A DNA stretch of 64,000 nt from NCBI GenBank assembly GCA_950097015.1, contig CATNEN010000003.1, positions 13,082,001-13,146,000 of the forward strand, read 5' to 3'. The stretch comes from Macrostomum hystrix (Eukaryota; Animalia; Platyhelminthes). This document shows positions 1 to 10,739 of this stretch, one piece after another. The position numbers were made by a program, and so were the translations under genes. Numbering within the stretch: the stretch's first letter is position 1; each line of letters begins with the position of its first letter. The notes under the pieces are model-generated. The model had not been told where the DNA came from. It did not search any database and worked only from the letters and a program-made list of their open reading frames with translations.

Positions 1-1680
1 AAATATCTATCCAGATCCCTAAATATTCATCCAGATCCCTAAATATCTATCCAGATCCCTAAATATCACTCCAGATCCCTAAATATTCATCCAGATCCCT
101 AAATATCTATCCAGATCCCTAAATATCTATCCAGATCCCTAAATATTCATCCAGATACCTAAATATCTATACAGATCCCTAAATATCTATCCAGATCCCT
201 AAATATTCATCCAGATACCTAAATATCTATACAGATCCCTAAATATCTATCCAGATCCCTAAATATCCATCCAGATCCCTAAATATCCATCCACACCCCT
301 AAATATCCATCCACACCCCTAAATATCCATCCACACCCCTAAATATCCATCCAGATCCCTAAATATCTATCCAGATCCCTAAATATCCATCCACACCCCT
401 AAATATCCATCCACACCCCTAAATATCCATCCAGATCCCTAAATATCTATCCAGATCCCTAAATATTCATCCAGATCCCTAAATATCCATCCAGATCCCT
501 AAATATGTATCCAGATCCCTAAATATGTATCCAGATCCCTAAATATCTATCCAGATCCCTAAATATCCATCCAGATCCCTAAATATCCATCCAGATCCCT
601 AAATATCTATCCAGATCCTTAAATATCTATCCAGATCCCTAAATATCTATCCAGATCCCGAAATATTCATCCAGATCCCTAAATATCTATCCAGATCCCT
701 AAATATCTATCCAGATCCCTAAATATCTATCCAGATCCCTAAATATCTATCCAGATCCCTAAATATCTATCCAGATCCCTAAATATCACTCCAGATCCCT
801 AAATATTCATCCAGATCCCTAAATATCTATCCAGATCCCTAAATATCTATCCAGATCCCTAAATTCTATCCAGATCCCTAAATTCTATCCAGATCCCTAA
901 ATATTCATCCAGATCCCTAAATATCTATCCAGATCCCTAAATATCTATCTAGATCCCTAAATATTCATCCAGATACCTAAATATCTATACAGATCCCTAA
1001 ATATCTATCCAGATCCCTAAATATTCATCCAGATACCTAAATATCTATCCAGATCCCTAAATATCTATCCAGATCCCTAAATATTCATCCAGATCCCTAA
1101 ATATCTATCCAGATCCCTAAATATCACTCCAGATCCCTAAATATTCATCCAGATCCCTAAATATCTATCCAGATCCCTAAATATCTATCCAGATCCCTAA
1201 ATATTCATCCAGATACCTAAATATCTATACAGATCCCTAAATATCTATCCAGATCCCTAAATATTCATCCAGATACCTAAATATCTATACAGATCCCTAA
1301 ATATCTATCCAGATCCCTAAATATTCATCCAGATACCTAAATATCTATCCATATCCCTAAATATCTATCCAGATCCCTAAATCCATCTATCTATCCATCT
1401 ATACATCCATCAACATCTCTAAATATCCACCCAGATCCCTAAATATCCATCCAGATCCCTAAATATCCACCCAGATCCCTAAATATCCATCTACACCCCT
1501 AAATATCCATCCAGATCCCTAAATATCCACCCAGATCCCTAAATATCCATCCACACCCCTAAATATCCATCCAGATCCCTAAATATCCATCCACACCCCT
1601 AAATATCCATCCAGATCCCTAAATATCCATCCAGATCCCTAAATATCCACCCAGATCCCTAAATATCCACCCAGACCCAT
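1..1680. repeat. 20-bp minisatellite (AAATATCYATCCAGATCCCT), truncated by the window start
   Basis: About 80 tandem units visible directly, downstream of METTL3. Confidence 0.97.
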
Positions 1681-1788
1681 TAATTCTCATCAAGACCAAA
1701 AAAGCCTACTATTTAAAACGCATTAGTTCATATTAACAAATTGTCATTAAAAAACTCTATGATAAGCAATCATTAAAGATAAGAAAAC

Positions 1789-1794
1789 TTTATT
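1789..1794 (-). promoter_or_regulatory. Candidate polyadenylation signal (AATAAA) of METTL3
   Basis: TTTATT on + strand about 27 nt past the METTL3 stop codon. Confidence 0.5.
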
Positions 1795-1820
1795 GGAATA
1801 ACAAACCACTATAGACCAGT

Positions 1821-4800
1821 TCAACCCTGCGTCGGTTTAGTAACAACACCGTCGGGATATTTGGCCCGAAATTTGGTCACAACATCCGGATCGATAAGCT
1901 TAACACCGTCCAATTGATTGCCAAGCGTTATCCAATTCGGCTGGACATTGTGCGGCCTGCCGAATAGCTCCAATTTTCTAGTGCCAGGCGCCAGTCGTTC
2001 AATAATGCCATAGATTTCGTCCGGTTTGTGAGACGTAGCGCGAACCTCGCTCACAATGACGTCACAGTCTAAGCCGACGTTGACACTTCTAGGATTGCCT
2101 TTCACACCGATGACGCAATGCTCCTTGCCGTGGTTGAGCCAGTGACCGGTGCGACCCGTGCGGATTATCCGCTGCAGCTGGTTGGTCTTCACCTAGAAGA
2201 AGACAAAGGCTTAGTTGTTTTAGACCAGGCGTCCGGAGTTCTAATCTAAGACCCAATGGGACATAATTAGTGTCTATAAAAATCCGATTGGACCCATTTA
2301 TTGATCATCGAGTGGCGATTAAGATCTCTAAAAGTAATCCAGATCCCTAAATATAATCCAGATCCCAACATGTAATCCATATCCCAACATGTAATCCAGA
2401 TCCCAACATGTAATCCAGATCCCAACATGTAATCCAAATCCCAAAATCTAATCCAAATCCCAAAATCTAATCCAAATCCCAAAATCTAATCCAAATCCCA
2501 AAATCTAATCCAGATCTCAAAATCGAATCCAGATCCCAAAATCTAATCCAAATCCCCAATACGCATTTGAGTTCCTTAAACCCAAATGTTTTTTATAAAC
2601 GAATGCAGATCCTATTAATGTAAACACTTATATGAATAATTAAATCAAGCAAACCAGCAGTCACTAACCCAGATCAGTTCGCCAATGATTCGGTAGCCCC
2701 AGAGACGAAGACAATCTCGCCCAGTCTCGATGGCACGGCCGGTAACCCACAGGAATATATAACCGGAATCCTGCAGGCAGGGTATGTCCAAAGATTTCAT
2801 TTCAACGTCGGACATTGTGCCGTAAGGCAGCTCCATGTGAATGTCCCACGGCGGGTCGCCCATGATGACAGCGAATTTGCCGAGAACTGTCATGTCCAAG
2901 TGGCGAATATCGCATTGAATCCACTGCGGCGGGTATAGGGTGATCTCGTCCTGATAATGCGGCTTCGGAGGAACTGAAATGTTTGTTGGGAGAATGTCTA
3001 TGACCATGCGAATGACCGAATTAGTGAATTGTTTGGTAATTATATCGAAACGTGATCTACAAATCCTTGACGTAAAATCCCATTACCAACTAATCGCTGA
3101 TCTAAAATCCCATTACCAACTAATCGCTGATCTAAAATCCCATTACCAACTAATCGCTGATCTAAAATCCCATTACCAACTAATCGCTGATCTAAAATCC
3201 CATTACCAACTAATCGCTGATCTAAAATCCAATGACTAGCTAATCACTGACCTGAAATCCAATGACTAGCTAATCACTGACCTGAAATCCAATGACTAGC
3301 TAATCACTGACCTGAAATTCAATGACTAGCTAATCCCTGACCTGAAATCCAATGACCAACTAATCCCTGACGTAAAATCCCACGAGCAACTAAATCCCTG
3401 ACCTGAAATCAAATGACCAACTAATCCCTGACGTAAAATCCAATGACCAACTAATCCCTGACCAAAAAACCCTTGACAAAAAAGTCCTGACCTAAAAACG
3501 GTGACTAACTAATCCCTGACCTAAAAACCGGTGACTAACTAATCCCTGACCTAAAAACCGGTGACTAACTAATCCCTGATCTAAAAACGGTGACTAAGTA
3601 ATCCCTGACCTAAAAACCGGTGACTAACTAATCCCTGACCTAAAACCGGAGACTAACTAATCCCTGACCTAAAAACGGTGACTAACTAATCCCTGACCTA
3701 AAAACGGTAACTAACTAATCCCTGACCAAAAAACCCGTGACTAACTAATCCCTGACCTAAAAACGGTAACTAACTAATCCTGACCGAAAAACCCGTGACC
3801 AAAAAGTCTCTGACCTACATGTTAAATCCCATCTGAAGCCAGACATACTCACCAACGATAGCCTTTGAGTCCTTAGCCTTGGGTTTAGCAGATTCAGCCG
3901 CGGCAGCTTTGGCCTCTCTCAAATCGTCAGCGTCAATTTCGTAGTGAACATATTTGCAGGTGTCAATATGAAAGCAGGTGTTGAGAAACGAACAATCACC
4001 TAGAGAGGTGTCAGTGTGACTCTGAATGATGCGGCGAAAGTGCAAGTCCGAGCATCTTTGCGGCGACTCGGCGATTTTGGCACTTCTGCGGGAAGTTTAG
4101 ATTTTTTCTAGGTAATGGGTGGCTTCTGATCAACGCAAACGGACCTTGATCCTTTTAAGTGGGATCTTGATCCTTTAAACTGGGATCTTGATCCTTTTAA
4201 GTGGGATCTTGATCCTTTAAACTGGGATCTTGATCCTTTGAAAGTGGGATCTTGATTCTTTGAAATTGGGATCTTTTCCTTTGAAAGTGGGATCTTAATC
4301 CTTTAAAGTGGGATCTTGATCCTTTAAAGTGGGATCTTGATCCTTTAAAGTGGGATCTTGATCCTTTTAAGTGGGATCTTGATCCTTTAAAGTGGGATCT
4401 CGATCCTTTGAAAGTGAGATCTTGATCCTTTAAAGTGGGATCTTGATCCTTTTAAGTGGGATCGTAATCCACTAAAGTGGGATCTTGATCCATAAAAAAG
4501 GATTTTGATCCTTAATTAAATATATACTGATTCCTATAATATTGTTCTTTATCCCTAAAATAGGGATCACGATTGCAATAACTAAAATCTCGATTCGAAA
4601 CACTGAAAAGCCAATCCTAAATACCGGAAACCCAAAATAAACACAAAAGCCCGTCCTAAAAAGACCGCCGATGGGATAATAATTATTGCTTACCTAGCAG
4701 CAGCAGCTGTTTCGCACTGCTCCCTAGTTTCGTAGTCGCAAAATTTTCTAACCAAAGCGCCATTGCGAGATTTGAATTTTTCAATTCTTTGCAGCTCCAT

Positions 4801-7792
4801 AAAAGTGCGCCTATGCAACAACTCGGCTATTTCCGCATTAGCCCTGGTCGCTTGTCGTTCTTTCAGAGTCTGCAGACTGAGTAGACTCTCGAGGTTGCCA
4901 TCGTCAATCAGCTGGAAGGTATCATCAGCTTGGTCAGTCTTAGCCGCGGCCAGACAGGCTGTCAGACGATTGTGACGACACTCGGAGATTGTCCAGCGGG
5001 CCAGCAGGGGCGACTGCTTGTCGGGATTGTTTCTAAGAAATGATGGCGGCTCGATTATTATGTTACCATTTTAGGGTAACACCAAGGTTCCTGTTGACTA
5101 TCGATTCCGCGGCGAGGCCACATTAATTTGGGGGCTTGTCGTTCAATTTACGCTCTCGAGGACAGGGTCCTTTTAGTTAAGAATAAAACTCAAAATCTCA
5201 CCCTTATAGATGAGAATAACTTCAAAATCTCACCCTTTTAGGTAAGAATAAAACTCAAAATCTCATCCTTATAGATAAGAATGTAACTCAAAATCTTATC
5301 CTTATAGATGAGAATTAAACTCAAAATCTCATCCTTATAGATGAGAATTAAACTCAAAATCTCATCCTTATAGATGAGAATGTAACTCAAAATCTTATCC
5401 TTATAGATGAGAATTAAACTCAAAATCTCATCCTTATAGATGAGAATGTAACTCAAAATCTTATCCTTATAGATGAGAATTAAACTCAAAATCTCATCCT
5501 TATAGATGAGAATGTAACTCAAAATCTCATCCTTATAGATGAGAATCAAACTCAAAATCTCATCCTTTCAGATAAGAATTTAACTCAAAATCTCACCCTT
5601 ATAGTTAAGAATGAAACTCAAAATCTCACCCTTATAGATGAGAATGAAACTCAAAAATCTCATCCTTATAGATGAGAATGTAACTCAAAATCTCATCCTT
5701 ATAGATGAGAATCAAACTCAAAATCTCATCCTTTCAGATAAGAATGAAACTCAAAATCTCACCCTTATAGTTAAGAATGAAACTCAAAATCTCACCCTTA
5801 TATTTAAGAATGAAACTCAAAATCTCACCCTTATAGATGAGAATGAAACTCAAAATCTCACCCTTATAGATGAGAATTTAACTCAAAATCTCACCCTTAT
5901 AGATGAGAATGAAACTCAAAAATCTCACCCTTATAGATGAGAATGAAACTCAAAATCTCATCCTTATAGTTAAAAATCAGCCTTAAAATCTCACCCTTTT
6001 AGTTAAGAATCGAACTCAAAATCTCACCCTTAAATATGTTATTAATGAAACTTGAAATCTCACTATAATAGATAAGAATAAGCCTCAAAATCTCACCCTT
6101 ATAGATGAGAATGAAACTCAAAATCTCATCCTTATAGTTAAAAATCAGCCTTAAAATCTCACCCTTTTAGTTAAGAATCGAACTCAAAATCTCACCCTTA
6201 AATATGTTATTAATGAAACTTGAAATCTCACTATAATAGATAAGAATAAGCCTTAAAATCTCACCCTTATAGATGAGAATGAAACTCAAAATCTCATCCT
6301 TAATATCCTTATAGTTGAAAATCAGCCTTAAAATCTCACCCTTTTAGTTAAGAATCGAACTCAAAATCTCACCCTTAAATATGTTATTAATGAAACTTGA
6401 AATCTCAATATAATAGATAAGAATAAGCCTCAAAATCTCACCCTTAAATATGTTATTAATCAAACTTGAAATCTCACTATAATAGATAAGAATGAGCCTC
6501 AAAATCTCACACGTCAGCTATATAAGCCGGTGCACTCACTGGACAATGAAAATGACACCTTGAGCAGCAAGCTTTTCAAGCAGGTCGACAAGCACTTCAG
6601 CGGCAGGACTAGACGAGTCAGGGAATCGAACAGTTAGCATGTCAGCGATGGAAGCAAAGGTGACTGGCAGGTCAACTGTAACGCCGAGATCTTCTAACAC
6701 TTCAAGGAGGTGCTGCTCAAGCTGTTTTAATTCAAGATCAGATTCAATCAAGGAATTCGCATCGTTGACAGCTGGGGTATTTTCGGTCGGGGCTGCGGCG
6801 ACGGATGCTTCGTCCGGGCAAGCTTCCTAGGAAATTGTTTGTTCAGATAAAAAACTGGAATATACATGTCCATATCCACAGACACATCATTTTCTTTTAT
6901 GAAAACCTTATTCTAATATACCATATTCTTATTCTGAAATCCACGAAATCCCTATTCCAATCATTCCAATCATCCAGCCCGATCCTTATCAGAATCCATG
7001 AAATCACTATTCCAATCAATTCATATATTTATCAGAATCCATGAAATCACTATTCCAATCAATTCATATATTTATCAGAATCCATGAAATCACTATTCCA
7101 ATCAATTCATATATTTATCAGAATCCATGAAATCCCTATTCCAATCAATTCATATATTTATCAGAATCCATTAAATCACTATTCCAATCATCTATATCCT
7201 TATCAGAATCCATGAAATCCCTATTCCAATCAATTCATATCCCTATCGGAATCCATGAAATCCTTATTCAAATCTCCCATATCCTCACCAGAATCCATGA
7301 AATCCATATTTCAATCTTCCCATTTTTCTATATTTCATAATTAAATCTATGAAATCATATTTCTAATCTTCCTTATCCTTATCCAAATCGATGAAATTCA
7401 TAATACAATCTTCCATATCCTTATTTGAATACTTGAAATCAGTCTCCCATTTAGTACTTTATTATCATGCCAGTTTTTAATCCTAGAAATCCCAGTTTAA
7501 AAAGTTTGTTTGTACTCACAGGCTCATCTTTGAACACAGCAGACGGAGTACTAGAACCAATAGTCTCTTCTTCAATTCTCTTCTCATTATCATCTGGGGT
7601 GACACTGGCTAGCTTACAGGTGGGTTCATGGCCGTCATCTGCTGTCGATCCCACATTCCTTGGCATCTTACTGGCTCCCATAGCCTGAGCTATGATTGCC
7701 TGACTATCTAGTTTTCGTTTCTCTCGTTTCTCACGCAGCGAAACAAACCGACTGCGATTCTGTTGAATCTCTTTCCACAAGTCGCTAGACAT
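1821..7792 (-). CDS. METTL3: N6-adenosine methyltransferase catalytic subunit (MT-A70), ~602 aa, 6 coding exons
   Basis: Exons 7792-7520, 6826-6540, 5032-4694, 4085-3853, 2973-2669, 2192-1821; all GT-AG with compatible phases (total 1809 nt). Contains CCCH zinc fingers ([10 protein letters not shown]...CSDLHF; [20 protein letters not shown]), catalytic DPPW and the C-terminal [16 protein letters not shown] and SHKPDEIY motifs. Confidence 0.97.
2335..2560. repeat. 21-bp minisatellite in METTL3 intron 5
   Basis: Units like TAATCCAGATCCCAACATG / TAATCCAAATCCCAAAATC. Confidence 0.85.
3070..3810. repeat. ~30-bp minisatellite in METTL3 intron 4
   Basis: TCTAAAATCCCATTACCAACTAATCGCTGA drifting gradually to CCTAAAAACCGGTGACTAACTAATCCCTGA along the array. 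Confidence 0.93.
4145..4495. repeat. 21-22-bp minisatellite in METTL3 intron 3
   Basis: GTGGGATCTTGATCCTTTAAA units. Confidence 0.92.
5170..6510. repeat. 39-bp minisatellite in METTL3 intron 2
   Basis: AAAATCTCACCCTTATAGATGAGAATGAAACTC-type units; higher-order duplication in the 5960-6500 part. Confidence 0.95.
6940..7320. repeat. 39-bp minisatellite in METTL3 intron 1
   Basis: TCAGAATCCATGAAATCACTATTCCAATCAATTCATATATTTA-type units. Confidence 0.88.
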
Positions 7793-8389
7793 GTTTTAGA
7801 TGATTTCTTACAATCTATAGGCCAGTACTCTTAGAGTTAATTAGCTATATTTAGAGGCCCAATACCTCTTTCAAAAGACTAATTAGCTACACTGTTTTTA
7901 GTCCAGATTTTGCTGAAAGAAAATAATAGGGAAAAATGATCAAGGCTTTTAAAGTTATTTTTATTTTTCAAAAAGATTTAAAACCATGAAGACAAAAATA
8001 CAATTAGGGAGCTAAAAGCTGCACCATAGGCCCTATACTAAGCTTCTTCACTTGATTTTACTCTAAACTCTCAATTTTACCCAAATGATTCTGGAAAATG
8101 AATAGCAAGACAGCAAATAAAAATAATAAACAATTTTGGAATGAATATTGTTAGTTTCATAGCAATCCAATAAATATGATTTCAAAATCATTCTTAAAAT
8201 AATTTTAAACATATTTTAATTTTAAGCACTGTATTTATATGCCAAAAAATGGAAACTTGCTGCAAAAGGGCAGCAAACTATCACTTGCAAAGTCTTGCTG
8301 CTAATCTACTAGCAAAAATGTTGATATTCTGCTGGAAACATGCAGTGACACATTGCTAATCATGTCCAACATGGTTTAAATAACAAAAA

Positions 8390-8520
8390 TATTTGCAAGA
8401 AGGCTACAGGCAATGGCATATCATTCGGTGACAATAGACCTGCGGCCAGCAAGCAGGCAATTTTGCTCATTTTGCTTACTCCTGAGCACATACATGCACA
8501 CTGATACTATACAGAGGCAC
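8390..8520 (-). mobile_element. Decayed 3' fragment of SINE family A
   Basis: Aligns by eye to 48800-48925 and 53000-53095, with CpG positions mutated. Confidence 0.65.
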
Positions 8521-9916
8521 TAGACTACTATACTGCCTAGACTTTCATTGTTGGTTTGTTAGGCAGCTTACATTTCCCTGTGCCTTGTAGGTTGGACCAC
8601 AAGGGTGTAAAGTACACAAAGTGCACCAAATAAATTTTGCCATAAAAAAAGAGAAATGTTGCCCAGAAAATTGTTGTTGCTGAAGTGAATAAAAAACTCC
8701 TGACCCATCAAAATACCCAATCAAAATGTGACTTTTAGGTTACAATTACAAAACTTAATTGAGTAGCTTGCTAAGATTTAGAGGCCATAGTTAGGAAAGT
8801 GGCCTTTGCCTAAAAATTGGGCATATACAACTTATACAAGGTCTAAAGCATACCTGGCACATATAGAGACCTATATAATCACAGAACAGTTGATATTCAA
8901 GGAATAAATGGTATATTTGTGGACTGTGTCTAGCCTACTTTTGCTTGTTGTCATAGCACATGTTGTGCCATCATAGTGTGCTCATAGTGTGTTATGATAC
9001 ACTCACTAGTCAGGATGTGAGAACTTCACTCAGTATACACTAGATATAAAAACCAGTATGATCCCAAGCAAGGATATAAAACATGTAAATTGAGAAGTCA
9101 GCAGCAAAATAGAAATTGAAAATCTTCATGATACACTGGCCATCCATACGAGTTTAAGATTGCCATAGCACATTATCAGCAGGTAAAAAACATTTTAATT
9201 CTAATAAGTAGAACAGTGTCTATAGCAAAGTAAGCATAATTCAAAATTGTCAGTTTATGTAATGTACATTTTTTAATATTATTTCTAGGCCTATAGGGCC
9301 TAGACTCTTTAACTATCTACAAATTCTGTGATAATGACTGCTTATTGCTTTTTAAAGTTAAAGCTTATTATTTTGATTATAAATTAGGTGTTGCTTATAT
9401 TTCTATTTCTATTTTATATGAAAGTACAATATTACACAATAAATCAAGAGGCCTGGATAACTAAGATAGGTAAAAAACCAAATGCTAATAAATTTGCGAA
9501 TAAACTGAGTTCAAAATTTTTGGTTCCATTAATATAAGCACCTGGAATTACTAAATGGTAAATGATGGAGTGTCGTGAAATAATGTTAAAGAATTAATAG
9601 AATAGCAGACAATAAACAAAGCAAAAATAAGTAGGCCTACTAAGCAGCCACATGCTAGTGCAGAAACAAAAGTAGCCAACATAAATTGCTAGCAAGTAGC
9701 AAGGACATAGGGTACTTGTCCACATACAAATGCTTGTATATGTAAGCATTTTTTACGTTTACTGCATAATTTCATACAATATCTTCATAGCGAAAACGCC
9801 AACATGCCATAATTTTGTCTGTTTTCGAACGTTCGACATGGGCACGGAAAAGAGGACACCAATACTACGATTCCATCGTATCCATCCATCCATGTACGAT
9901 AGTTAAACATAAGTGC

Positions 9917-10147
9917 ACATTTGCCCTGATGTGCACACAGTCTACTCAGCCCCAATTCTGTGGGGTTTGGATGCTGCCGATATGTTTGGAAAAAATAAAT
10001 TCCATTGCTGACACGCGGCTGTCAACCGGTGTCCGAGAGAGCCGAGAGTACAATAGGTGTGCAGTCCCCACCTGCTAGTGTGCTTGACACACAACACCTG
10101 CACTGGCCCTTGGGTCTAGTGTCAAATTATTATTATAATTATTATTA
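9917..10147 (+). mobile_element. 5'-truncated, internally deleted copy of SINE family C
   Basis: Near-identical to 15577-15610 and 15681-15862; ends in an (ATT)n tail. Confidence 0.85.
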
Positions 10148-10739
10148 GTTAAACAGAAACAGAAACTGCATCGAACTTAAACTTGAACTGAATTTCCAGG
10201 AAAATGTGCAGAATAACAAACCTGCTTCGGCTTGCAGATTAATGTTGCGGTCGAGAGGTGCACTTCTCACGGATATTACAATTTGCTAGGCCGGCTTTTA
10301 ACTAGCAGTAATCTGCTAAGCCTTTGATCTGTAATGGAACTATTTTTATATTATTTCATTGCTGTCATAAATTACTATCCCATCCCTGTATCGCACGTAA
10401 ACGGCTGTGCCTGTACGATATACTCAGAATTGTCTGCATGATTTGTACATTAAAATGTCTCCTTCTATCCTTTCTCACAGAAAGCAAAGCACTGGTCGCG
10501 GATAATAATGCTTCTAAACTAAGCTTTTATACAAGCGCTAGTCTATACGTTGGAATGAGATCGGGAAGGCCAGAGTTGGCATTTTGCGTCTTCTCCGCAA
10601 TGTACATTGTGAGATCGAGTGAGCGCCTACTGAGTGTAAATTCTATATAGTTTTTAGCTGGAAGTGTAAATTTTTCTGACAGAAAGAAAGAATATTATGG
10701 TTCTATCCTTACAGCAGAGTTTTTCATTGAAAAAAGGAA

